From positions 15,502 through 79,501 of the forward strand of contig ADNK01002660.1 in NCBI GenBank assembly GCA_000320545.1: a stretch of 64,000 bases of DNA, given 5' to 3'. The position numbers and the translations under genes are program-made. Below the pieces are notes generated by a model, which did no database searches, was not told where the DNA came from, and saw nothing but the letters and a program-made list of their open reading frames with translations. Below, in pieces: positions 1-12,481 of the stretch. The DNA comes from Bigelowiella natans CCMP2755. Its lineage: Eukaryota; Protista; Cercozoa. The first letter of the stretch is position 1; every line of letters starts with the position of its first letter.

Positions 1-812
1 CCGCATTCAGATGCTTCAGAGAGTGATCCAGGAAGACGACCCATGCTCGACGACGACAACATACCGTACAATACCGGTAGATCTACGTAGAAGCACACAA
101 AAATGGCCTCAAATTTCCCACATGGGCGCACCAGTCAACGCAGGCAATTTTTGAAATTAGTATTTCAAAGTCCTGCATTATTCTACGAGTACGAAAATTT
201 TCACCCAATAATTTTTGGAAGTTAGAATGTTTTTCGCCGATGTCGCTTCACGATTTTTAATTTCTTTTGGCATATTGTACACTTTTAAGCACCATATTGT
301 TTCTCTGTTCATGATTGTAGTACATATTTTAACTGCGACTCGGCTAGATTACTTCGGACTCCTGTGATGGGTAGGTACCCCTTGTCCCCTTGTACAAACA
401 TTTTGGTGAAAATAGCTAGATTTGGAGACTCTTTTATTTCGGAGAATGAATCTATGCATACCCCCCCTCATAAACACATACCACCAAGAACGCCAAACAG
501 GGAGGCAGAGTAAAACCTTGAAAAATGCTCTGTTTTTCCTGCATTCAGGTTTGTCGCGATGTTTTATGTTCCTTAATTTTCCCCGCCTCCGCTGACTCAG
601 ATGCCCCCAACGTTATGGTGCTATTATTGCTGTACCAAAAAAACATTCGCATTTTTAACATAATTTGCCTTAGAACGTTGACACAGGGATAAAATCCCCA
701 GAATTTTCCAAATAATGTGACAGTTACCACTCAGAGCGTTCCAAGTTCCAATTAAATCCATCCCTTCGGATCTATCCACAGAACCCATTCAAGACCAGTC
801 AGTCGAAACTAC

Positions 813-1568
813 ATGCCTTGCATTCGTGCTCCACCTGAGGCCTCCACACTCCCTTCATGGGCCAGAGAAGTGGTTGGCAGGATCAACAAAGTGAAGCTTC
901 GAACCATCAAACTGGGACCAGAGCAGAAGACCACAAGCATGAAGTTTAAGGATGTTGCTGATTCTGACACCATGTATGGCTGCACCTGCGACGGGTAACA
1001 TTTTATTCTATTTATCAATCTACTTTGAGATTACATAATAATGATTTAGTATTTTTTACCTTCTATTTTCCGTTGGGGATGGCTCTGAACAAACACACTT
1101 ATTCTGACTCTGCAGATCTAAAAAAACTCATAATAATGTAGGACGTGCAAAAAGAAGACAGTCAAAGGTCCTCTCCATTTCAACGTCAAAGATGATCTTG
1201 TATACTGCAAAAAATGCTTTGAGGCACAACAGAAGAAGACAAAGACCACTAACACCGAGTCTGATGAAGAGGGCAAATTTGTGTACTGCAAGACTTACAA
1301 AGACGTCATGAAGCAGATATTCAACCTCATGGATGAAGATGGGAATGGAACAATATCTCGGAGTGAATTCAACAAGTTCTTTACAGCGATGGGTGCATCA
1401 CAAAGAGAGATTGGAATGATGTTTAACGTAGCCTCACCTCGGGCTAACAAACAAGTCATGAAAAAGTTTTTTTCGGATGACGATCAAGACGCAAGGAATG
1501 TTAAAGAAGATGGACTCAGCCTTGAAGAATGGGCAGATTTCTATCTGAAGACGTTTGTATTTTTTTGA
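813..1568 (+). CDS. Small protein with a degenerate ZZ-like zinc finger and EF-hand pair (2 exons: 813-994, 1142-1568)
   Basis: A GT-AG intron at 995-1141 joins the frames to give CTCDGTCKKKTVKGPLHFNVKDDLVYCKKCFE, followed by a canonical EF loop DEDGNGTISRSE and a degenerate second loop (EDGLSLEEW). Confidence 0.75.
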
Positions 1569-2575
1569 TTGATCCTCTAGCTTAACTTTTCATCCACTAC
1601 AACTGTCAGTTCTGTCGTATCGTACTAAATATAAATAGTGTAAATCTATAAATTCATACACAAGCTAGCAAGGTGAGTGCATTGTATAATAGACAACGTA
1701 ATATGATATATATTATATTTTATATTACTATGTCTATAACTTATTACTTAAACATATCGTAAACAGCAGTCGCTAGCATGTATCAATGAAGCCATTATAC
1801 AACATGTAATAAGTATTAAACGTACATCAGGAAATTTCATTACCCCTTTATTACAACCTCGCGGTACATGGCACATATGTGCGCGTATGTGTGCACGTGT
1901 GTGCACATGGTAGCACATGTTACATGATTGAACTACATACAACAACATCTGCATCTCATGCATGCGTGTGAGCAATGCTAAATTTATTAACGCTATACTA
2001 CGGTATCCTTGATATGTCTGCGCTATAGCTAATAACTGCGTGTGCGCATGTTGCATGCGCCGTGCAATCTCGGTTCATAATAAAGGCTAGCTAGTAGCTC
2101 TAAGTGTTGTGACGTTGGATTCTGTGTCTGTCATTACTGTGCATGTAGCAGCAACAATGCCCGATCCCGTTGTAGGGACTGTATGTAAGTCCACAACATT
2201 ATATATACCGCATCGTAGCGTGCAGCATTCAGGTGCATAATATATATGCGCACGACACATGCAGCATGCATGCATGCATGCAAATACGATACAATGTTCG
2301 TAGGCATATACGTAATAAAAGCAAGCCAAAAATGCGCGGCAAAACTAACGATCGACAATAACTAGCAGGCTGCTTTGCATTAAGCACGTAGCGCATCGTG
2401 CATTGCATTGTGTTGCGTATTGCTCTGCTGCGTGCGTGCGTATACGCGTGTGAATAGAAGCATTTTTTTTTGCCAACGAATCGGAATTAGCAAGAATCAT
2501 GCAAGATTTTGGGGGCTGCTATTTGAGGACGACTACACTTACAAACGATGAGCACCACTCATTTTCACCTCGCTA

Positions 2576-4795
2576 TCAATGTCCTATAGGCTCGTCCAAA
2601 GCTAGCATTGCCTCGGCCATTGCAGCCTGGACAGATCCATTTATAATATCAAGTTTTTCTTGGCTGTTACCCACTGGCTCTTTTCCCGACACAGACGTTA
2701 CAGTGGTCGTTGCGCTTTTAATCTGAAAGAATGATCACAAAACCAACTTTATGTTTATCTTTAACAAATTCATCGCACATTCATACATGAAGCTGCAAGA
2801 AAGCAACGTACCCAACTATCAAAATAGTCAAAGCAAAAAACCAATGTCTCGGAATAAATACACATTTGGCCATCTTTTCCCAAATGATTCCTTTTGTGTT
2901 GTGGTTCTCGATTCACCCTGGCCACTCTCCACCCTTTTGCATTTTGTCAGTTTTACCTCGGGCGAGCGATGGAGAGCTTTGTAGGTCTCTATATTTTTGT
3001 GGCCAGCTGTCTTGATGGGTCTCCGAGACTTGGTACTTCGTCGTGATTTATTACTAGAGCCGCCTTTCGCCATTTGGGAGTATCCGCCCGGAAAGTGATT
3101 GCCTGTGCGAGTAGGGGTAAATCCTTTCGGAACCCCACGTGAGTTTTTCCTCAATCCTGTGGTTACCGTCTTTTTGGCTGTCTTTCTACTTTTGCTACTG
3201 CTGCGGTTGCTTCGTGACGTCTGTGCAGTTTTCTTCTTATTTGAGGTTGTTTTCTTAGGCACTTTGCTCGCCGAATACTCTGCTGTTCCCTTCCCCTTTA
3301 GGGGTACTCTTGGGATAATCACACCGAACTTTTTCTCTAAATATTGATCGTAGGCCGATGAGGCTGCCTTTTCATGGACTGCCCCTTTCCGAGTGTAATG
3401 TTCAATATTCAAATGTGAGATTTGTGACTAGAAAATCTGAACAGACTAATTGTGCGCTATTGTAAAAAAAACGCATAAAACGTAATGAGCCTCATGGCAT
3501 CGAGGCGGAAACAATTCGCAAAGCCCGTGCCTTAGATTAAAATGACTCGAAATACCAACAAATTTCGTAATACCCAGGTGATTATGTTTAGTATCGTGTC
3601 GAGTGTTCGGTGTGTTATAGTGAATTTGGTTCACCTTCCAATTCTTTCTGTTTCAGGAGCTCTCTTTCCCTTGCCAGGTACTCCTCACGAAAGGTCCTCG
3701 ATGATAATTGGTTTATCTTGCTATCACCTTGAAGGCGGTTTCCTGAGAGCAATAACAGTGTTTTTTAAAAATTATAAAATAATAGTTAATATGGTACATG
3801 TTCGATCTCTATTTAAGTTTTAGAATAATCTCTTTTTACCGAATTCCTCGCCTTTTATCTCCAGTTGATATCGTTCCATCTCCGTCTCGTCCTTAAAATA
3901 CGCAGCAGCACCAATGACATTCGTGATATGGCCAGCACGATGAAGAATGAAGAAAGAAGAGAGGCAGTTCAGGATTCGTGACGGATAGAGGAGTAGATGT
4001 TTTGGTGATTTAACTGTCATTTTACGTCCTCTACCTTTCTTCTCCTATCTTCGCGTTCCACCTCACTGTCTTTCCACGCCCCTCTCTTCTCTTTTAACAA
4101 TTCCCCTTCTATGCCCCCCCTCGATGGGGCAAACTTCGCCAAAGTCTTCATCCGAATCTCTGGCGCGAGGAGGGTTGGCACTGGGAATGACAACGGCGGT
4201 GCACGTGGTAGAAATTGAACGAGGAATTGCGCATGTTGCTCAAACGTCGTCCCGCTTTTAGGTAAGGTCCGCACGATTAGCTGCCCGAAATCAATGGGAG
4301 ATTCTCAATCAAATGCAATCCGAACGTGTGCATAGAGGTATATCAACAACCCGCACACCATTAGTGCACACATACATGCTCTGCTGATTCATTTTATGTG
4401 TTGTTCCAAGAACCTCGTGGTCTTTCTCGAGGAACGGCGATTGCCATGCACGCGATTGGCCGAATACTTCCCAGTTAGCACGCATGTACCTTTGTTCCGA
4501 TTTAATGATTTTTTGTTCTTCGATTATTTGGGTTCTCAGCAAAATAGAAGGTGTTACATAGATGGTGCTATTCTGATGTTTTCCCACTAGATGAGAGTGT
4601 TGGTTGTTCGAGCGATTTAAATGAGAAGTTTTGGTGGTGTGCAGACTAAAGACCTGAGGCAGGCCAACCTTGCGTCAGGTGTGCGAAACACCTGGGTTAG
4701 CACGAGTATCTACAAGCCAAACAGATCATTATTCTCCTTATTCTTACTGTTCAAGTTGCCACAAGAGCATGACTTGCTATGCCCCCCCTCCCCGC

Positions 4796-4841
<46 letters not shown>

Positions 4842-6839
4842 ATTAAACAATTAAAATCTTCGTTTCTAATCACCACCGGACACCCACATCTCCACTACAT
4901 ACTATAATAATAATAATAATAATAAGAAGAAGAAGAAGAAGAAAAAGCAGCAGTAGGACCTTAAACAGATATGAGGGCTCCAGCAAGCAGTTTTCGTCAC
5001 GCAGAATCATAGCTGTGACCTGCTCGGCATAACATAATATCAGGGCTTGTCAGATTGCACAGCTACATTTTCTGCCAAAGGTACGAGAATTCAATCCTCC
5101 TACCGCTCGCTCCTGCATTCGGTCGCAAAGGCTTTGATGGGACTCGCATTCCTTGGCGAGCTCGGCTTCTATTGCCGACTCCTTCCGGATCAAAAACTGC
5201 GCGCAGGACATGCGGTGCTGCTCGATCTTTTTCCTACAGGGGAGAGGAGGGGAATATGTGGACTTTAGAAAGTAGCTAGGAAAAAAGAGAGGTCAGACAT
5301 GTATACGAATCTTAGATGTACTGACGCTAAGACTTCAGATTTCATCCTTTTCTTTTATTTTTGAACACTTCGTAGTCTCACCGTGCCTCAGATGAGGATA
5401 TTTTATGGGTATTTTGGGAGTTTTCCCGGCGGCGTCTCGCCTTGATCTTCTTCTCCTGATTTTGCACGGATTTGAGGATCTTCTTCTCATACTCGGCCTG
5501 AATCGCAACCATTTTTGCCCGCAGCACCGTCTGTTGTTCTGCAAAAAGGGAGAGAAAGTATTTTTGTGCTAAAATGAGAATGATATGGCAAGGGCAGCAA
5601 CAAAAACGCGATAGTTGGCCGGAGAATGGTAACAAACGTGCCAGTACACGTCAAGATACGACACATATTCTATGTCTGATCGTGGTGAGAGTCAACTGGC
5701 TTTCCGTACACAGCATATTCTACAGCATTTTAGGATATAAAGGTACTTCAAAACTTCTCTAACTGGCCATGCATGTGCTACTATCATCATCATCATCGTC
5801 GTCGTCGTCATCAGCATCATGAGAGCATCTATAATTCTCATAATCATCATAATCATCACCATCATCATCATCATCATCATCATTATCATCATCATTATCA
5901 TCACAAGCAATCCCCACTCGATGCTTCCAGATCAAAGATGATCTTGTCCGCGACCGCATAGTTGTATTCCTGCAACACCGGAAGATTCTCCAGAAACGCT
6001 AGGAAGAAGATGAGCCCGCTGGCGGAAATAGCGCCCTCGTCATCTCCAGTGATGGACAAAGAGAAAGACGCAGCATCAAGAAAGACGTGCATACGAAGAT
6101 TATTGATCACAGTGCTCGGTGTTGCTGCTAACGATGACGGCGTTTGGTTGCTTCTTGCCTATCAAACGGATCGAGAGTAGATATAAGTAAACAAAGTGAG
6201 CAGAGCTCCCCTGCCCCTCTCTCATCCCTCTAATTTGCATCTCCGTACTACTTTATCTCTCTCTATCTTCGGTGTTCACCGGATTATTACAATGTTTTCA
6301 TTATCACCATAGATAGACCCCTCCCCAGCCTTACCATGACATCGCACTTGGCGATGGCGCCCGAGGCCTTTCTGCAGAGCAGCGCGAGGTTGTGACGAGA
6401 CACGTTCTCCGCTCCCACTACCATCCATAGCTTGACAAACACGCCATTTCGAGAGACCTCGAAGCTGACGCTAGCACCTAAACCGATTACAGCGATACGA
6501 ATGGTATTTCTTTCTCTACTTTGTCTGTGCAACTCGCGTGTATTTGCGTGGGAAAAATGCGGAGAGAAAGGAAGTTTGGGGTCGGCAGGCGTGTGCGTTC
6601 GACCCGGTGTCCTTGTGATAAGATACTCCATAAGAAGCTCGCTGTCTTTCCCTTCCACAACGTGAGAATCAATTTTTCGTAGCACATCGCCTTCTCTCAG
6701 CTTAGAGTCATAGGCTGGTGAGCCCGAGAGAATTGCTGAATGGTGTATAATATACACACAAACACAGAGCATTGTATGTATGTATATGTGCATATGTGCA
6801 TGTTTAGAGAGTAGTATAATGCAATCCCATATTAATTTT

Positions 6840-6924
<85 letters not shown>

Positions 6925-7793
6925 GCGGACCCCTCCCTTTCTTCATACACACGTTCGCATCCTGGTTAATATTCGATAATACATTATTGCGGATAGAATA
7001 ACACCTTTAATTACTAGCTTTCCGCCAATGTTTTCAGTCTGAAGTCCAAGTGTCGACTTGAGTCCCCTCAGGAGCTTCTTTGCCTCGCGTGAAGTGTTTA
7101 TAGCCTGGGCCGCTGTGAAGCTCTGAAAATTTGAAAGACAGTGCAGAAAAAAACAAACAATGAATATGGTTCAGAACTGGAGAATCGTATCATCACATGA
7201 GAAAACGTATTTGTGAGCAGTTTTCGATTATCCGTTGTGTTTCATTCATAGTTAGCTGTTTGCACGATGCCAGATGCTTGAATAATGCAATGCATATTGC
7301 TCGTTAAAGAAGAATACTCATCTCTCCCTCCGCCCCGATTATTCTCATAAATATTCTCACCTGATGCTTTTGGCGCATCTGGGCCATAACCATCTTCGAC
7401 CCAGAGAGAACTTCAAATGGGACTCGAAACCGCTGGACTTTTGAGTCGAGATCACGGAAATGGAGCTCGACGTTCAGAGTGGACTTGAAGGTCTGCAGTG
7501 GCGGATACGTTTAGGTTGCGATCGAAAGAACATGCTGACGACACTTTCTGACGGGGCAAATAAGTCTCTATCTCTGCAGTAGGAGAAACATCTCCTGCAA
7601 GCAGATTTCCCATTCGAGGCAAAAGTGAAAACGATCGGTCATTTGCTGTACAGCCAGAGTCAACTCACGAACACACTGACATCACCTGCATCCATAAGAT
7701 CGAGAGGCTCCGAGAGAAGTCGATATCCTCTTCTTCTTCTTCTCCAGAAACCGAAGAAACAGATTCTCCAGCATCGACTTGCCTGGTTTCCAT
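2576..7793 (-). CDS. Multi-exon PDZ-domain/coiled-coil protein with a basic low-complexity C-terminus (may be two genes)
   Basis: PDZ pieces STLGLQTENIGGKLVIK (~7010-7060), SAILSGSPAYDSKLREGDVLRKIDSHVVEG (~6650-6740) and ASVSFEVSR (~6450-6475). Coiled-coil exons at ~5090-5540, a Lys/Arg/Ser-rich exon at 2860-3428, and a last exon ending DEPIGH* at 2576. The start (METRQVDAG) and continuity are inferred. Confidence 0.55.
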
Positions 7794-8116
7794 GGATCCC
7801 AGCCGGTGGCTGCCAAAGCTTGAGGCTAGCTGCAGCTCGTCGTCGCACGAAGACGTCTGGGCGCCGCCGTTGAGCTTCGCTGTCAGGGTCGCACGGATGA
7901 TTCATGTCGCAGGGCACAAAATACACGCAAAACAACATAAATCGATCAGAATCATCTTGTCGCTCAAGCCATTTGCATCAGCCGTTTCGAGGGAGGAGCA
8001 TGCTTTTCGAAAAATGGCATGGAAAACATCCCTGCGTCGCATAGATAAACTTGTCGTAGGTTATATCTCGGGACCCACTCCGAGCCGGCCCGGCAGCGTT
8101 TCCATTACGACGAGGA

Positions 8117-9487
8117 GTGATACTGACCATGCTGAGGAGGCAGGCTAGCGCGGCAAGAGATGTTCTTTTCTTTCTATGCAGTATTTCCTTGAGTGATATC
8201 ATGGATCTGGGGGAGGATAACCTGCGGAATACGCTCGTAGATAGAGCCGCAGCCTCCTGTACTGACGATTTGAAACGAATTCAAGGCTTAAATACCACGG
8301 AAGTTGCGGGGTTGGTTATGGCACAAAAAGTTTTAGTTCGGGGGGGGATAGCCTCGGAGACGGAGATTAAAGGATGGGGTATCGACAAGCAACGAAATAG
8401 CCTTGTTTCTTCTAATCAACGCTACACGGGATTGCCAGCAAGTACCTTACAAAGCGAATCAACATTCGACAACGCAATGAGGGCCTACTCTACCTGGCTT
8501 TATCAAGTAGAAGCCCTCCCCTTACTGAGCGCTTTCTCTAATATTGGTGCGGCGGAGACGTCAAGCTTCAGCACAAAAGCGCTACTGCCAGAAACGAATC
8601 GCACCGTGGGCGTCGATTGTATATCCATCATCGAGCGTACAAAGGCCAAGGGCTATCTCGGGGTCTTTCACACGGCTGACACTACTCAAGAGGATGTATT
8701 CGATTTGTATGTGGCAACGTCGGACGACCTGAAAACTTGGGAAGCAGCAAACACCCCTCTTATTAAGAGGGCTTCGATGGCCAAGCTGTATGGCGGAGCC
8801 GACCTGCCGTTCAGCGGTATCCTCCTCCTCTACGAAGCTAACGTGGAAGGTAAGGGACCATCTGTCGCCGGAGCATGGTTTGCAACGGAAGATGATCTCC
8901 TTGAGGGGAAGATAAGCCAGCAATTTCTGACTTCGCGCACCCTGAGCGGCAATGCGGAAGGAACTCCCAATCTGATAAGAGCCACGACTATGGATGCGAA
9001 ATCTAGTGATACGTCACCCCAGAATTGCGTGCTTACTATTGGTATGCACTATTTCGACAAGCGAGAAAGTGGCGAAATGATCGACCAGCAAGCGTACGCC
9101 GTGATCAAGGGCTTTGATAGTGCGCAATGGAGGGCAGCTCCCTGTAGCATTTCCAACGCTTACCTCCCGAAGCAAGGATATCTCGGAAAGCTCGGGGCCC
9201 GCTCGAGTTTCATGTACAACGGCCGCCTATTTTACGTAATGGAGGTGCAAAAGGAGTTAGATAATTGGAGTTCTTGGCGGCTGTTATTGGGCGATGGTGT
9301 TGGGTTCACAGAGCTTTCCGTGCGTACACCCAGTCTATCGTCCTCCTTTGCTAACCCGTCGGTTGCGGCCTTGAGTGCCAACGAAATCGGGTCGAACGAA
9401 CGCTCCTTCATAGTAACTTCATTCGTTCCAAGCGAGGGTAGTTGGGGAAATGAAGAGGGTGAGTTGGTGTACAGGGTCGAAGTATAA
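8117..9487 (+). CDS. Uninterrupted 456-codon ORF: N-terminal ~61-aa tandem repeat plus a bacterial-like beta-propeller (glycoside-hydrolase-like fold, function unknown)
   Basis: Long open frame with no microsatellites. Contains an Asp-box-like ATSDDLKTW and motifs GYLGVFH, TLSGNAEGTPN, SFANPSV, FVPSEG..EEGELVY, which I recall from uncharacterised actinobacterial/fungal proteins (not verified). True start uncertain (ATG 8129 or an upstream exon). Confidence 0.7.
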   Translation: MILTMLRRQASAARDVLFFLCSISLSDIMDLGEDNLRNTLVDRAAASCTDDLKRIQGLNTTEVAGLVMAQKVLVRGGIASETEIKGWGIDKQRNSLVSSNQRYTGLPASTLQSESTFDNAMRAYSTWLYQVEALPLLSAFSNIGAAETSSFSTKALLPETNRTVGVDCISIIERTKAKGYLGVFHTADTTQEDVFDLYVATSDDLKTWEAANTPLIKRASMAKLYGGADLPFSGILLLYEANVEGKGPSVAGAWFATEDDLLEGKISQQFLTSRTLSGNAEGTPNLIRATTMDAKSSDTSPQNCVLTIGMHYFDKRESGEMIDQQAYAVIKGFDSAQWRAAPCSISNAYLPKQGYLGKLGARSSFMYNGRLFYVMEVQKELDNWSSWRLLLGDGVGFTELSVRTPSLSSSFANPSVAALSANEIGSNERSFIVTSFVPSEGSWGNEEGELVYRVEV

Positions 9488-10399
9488 AGGTTTATGATGG
9501 CTCGCCGTTGCGCAACGTAGCCATCCACCACAACAATTGCTGTTATACCACATTCCTTACCACACCATGCACATCCTGCACAATACGTAAACTAGCATAG
9601 ATATGTATGTGTATGTTAGCTCGTGGGCGTAATTTCTACGTATTACACGATGTCTGTACGTACTATGAATATGCATCTAGATATGGTGCAATTACATTCA
9701 AGCGCACGCTATTTAATAGAGCTAAGTCCTGACGAAATGCTCCTCGCACTAGCTGAACTGTTGGTAGCGCGTCGTACGTGCGATGTGTAATGATCGACAC
9801 GTATCGATGGCTTGTATATGATCGATATGCAAGCCGCGGCACATATATGATCTGCATACCAATCTAGCAATGCATTATATGCGCTTGCATGCGTTCTGTG
9901 TAGCTGTGTATAATGTCTATCATGTGTAGGTCGCATAACCAACCTGCCACCTAGCAATATCAATAATGCGCGCACACAATCCAAGCTAGCCAGGAATAAT
10001 ATGCATAGCGTAACTTATTTACACGCAATAACGACAGGCTTTCATACATATACGTACAATGTGCAGTGTTGTACCACACCTCGTACACATCATTTGTCCA
10101 TGCGTATGCATGCTGTAAATCTCACCCACGACTTGTACACCGTGATGAAGTTCGTGCAGGCTATAAAACATACCTTTTGGTCGAGAAAGGCACTGAAACC
10201 GCCGTCATCATCGAGCTGTCGCTCTGTGCGTAGCAAGCACATCATACACAAACACCCGCTTTGTACTGAAATGGTATGTCTGTCTAGCGATACAAACGCC
10301 TACGTGTTTGCCTCTAATATCGAATTGCTCGCAGTTTGTACAACATGCAAGACTGCCTTGTAGCCACAGCGTTCGGTGCTTTATGGTCGGAAAGTAATC

Positions 10400-10617
10400 A
10401 ATAACATTTGAATATCTAGAGATTTATCCAATTCCGTCCTCGCCAGATTTCGCAGCAAATCACGAGCTACTTTCCTCACGAAAGCTTTGAGAAGCTTTTC
10501 CCAACAGCATCCACTACATCCTCCAGATCGGTTCCCCCGAGACTTACATTTCTAAATGTTGATACGCACATCATAGTAAGGCGATGGTGTTCGAAACGGA
10601 GCAAATTGCTCTTATCA

Positions 10618-10654
<37 letters not shown>

Positions 10655-11119
10655 CGTGGCCATCTCCTTGTTTATGTGCCCCGCGGTAAGATCTTTGAAT
10701 TGCCCCGCAGATCGCGCCAAGACAAGGCCTTTGCATGTGTTCATTCAGGTAAATAAATGCCCGTGAGAAAAGCAAAATAACAACGCCACAACGGCGGGAA
10801 AACTAGCCAACGGCCGCTGCATGAATGAACTGACCACATATCTCCAACGCTGCGAACTTCAAAGGCAAACCTGCGTTTCAAATGGGAAAACCGGGTACAC
10901 TTACAGAATGGCGTCAACCTCACACCGTTAGCAGTTGGTGATACACAGGCACCATTATGTTATTATTCAATACTACCATGAAGCACAGCGCTCGCGTTCC
11001 GCACTTGATTCTGGCGAGGAATGATGTACACCGCGAGTCTGGGCGATATACGTCTCGAGAGCAACTTTTCATTGCCCGAAATGCTGTAGAGAACTTTGTT
11101 TACTGTGCGTGTAAAAGCG

Positions 11120-11155
<36 letters not shown>

Positions 11156-11334
11156 GAGAACAACCTTCCGCCAATATTCTTGCTTTGGGCAGGCATCGTG
11201 GGTAGGAGCCCTTTCTGGTGGGATCTGCTTTTTGTAGTAGTAGTAGTAGTTGTTGTTGTTGTTACGGGGCTTATCAGCAAGTTGTGCGCGATTCCTTTCT
11301 CCTAATTTATTGAAAACAGTAACAATATCATATA

Positions 11335-11373
<39 letters not shown>

Positions 11374-12438
11374 CGTACAAATATTTTAAGAGACAGCGTG
11401 CAAGATAAAAAAGCGAAAATAGCGGTCGGCAATTGTGACGATGCTGTTGAAATAGCGCATTTCCTCATCCTCTCGTCCCCCCCCCCCCCCCTACACCATG
11501 TCGCTGAGCTACTACTGCTACTACCTGCAAGATCTTAACAATCAGGTGGGCTCGAGATGCCATAGATTCAAGATTTTCGGATACCGTCAAGGACGATGAG
11601 CGGTAGGTCCAAGAAGAACTCGAGCCTCTTTTTTTTTTCCCTGCTACCTCTTCCGATAGGGTTCCGGCCAACTTCGCCTCTTTGCGGGCTTCATCGTCCT
11701 GACTTCCTTCCTTCGCTGTGTTCGCATCGTCGCCCTGAGCTCTCGTGTGGTTTTCCTCCCCTTCCTCATCGTAGCGATATTCCAGCCGCAAACAGCGCAC
11801 CGGATAACTGCATCATATCAGTACATGACCAAACAGTGCGTCTCTAATGAACAATGGGGCCGCGAAAAGGGTAAATGTACAAATATCCGCATTCATTCCA
11901 ACACACCAACGAAGATAGATAGAGCAAGAGAGATTGTTCGTGTTGTCACCTCCTGAGCAGTGTCAATCCATGCGCTATTTCTAACGGCGAGTTCTCAGGT
12001 TTGGCTGTCGGTAGGAAGAAGGCTTTAAGGCGATTATGAAGGGTGTCCACGCTAGTATGCATTATATAATAATAATATGTTATAAATGCTTTGCGTGCTA
12101 CATACGCGTATGGGGATATAGAGTTGTGACTATTCTGTGTTTGCTGCCTTACCTGTTAGAACTGCCCTTTCGATGGGAAAGAGCGGCGGGGTCGCATCGC
12201 TGCTACCACTACCACCACCACCACTATCACCGTCATCTACCTTTTCACTGCGATCATTACTGAATCATACAGTTGAAGAATATCATCGTGAATATTGGAG
12301 CAGGTTGTGGATTATAGCAAGACGTAACGGTGATGAGGTACCTTGCAAATATGTCGCCGATATATGCGATGTGGTAGTGGAGGTGGTTCTGGGTGTTAGA
12401 GTTCATAATACGACAACAATAAATATCATGCCCGAGAG

Positions 12439-12481
<43 letters not shown>

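Noticed and set aside
100-760. AT-rich tract resembling a non-autonomous DNA transposon (similar style at 38650-39800)
   Set aside because: No convincing terminal inverted repeats, target-site duplication or second copy found by eye.
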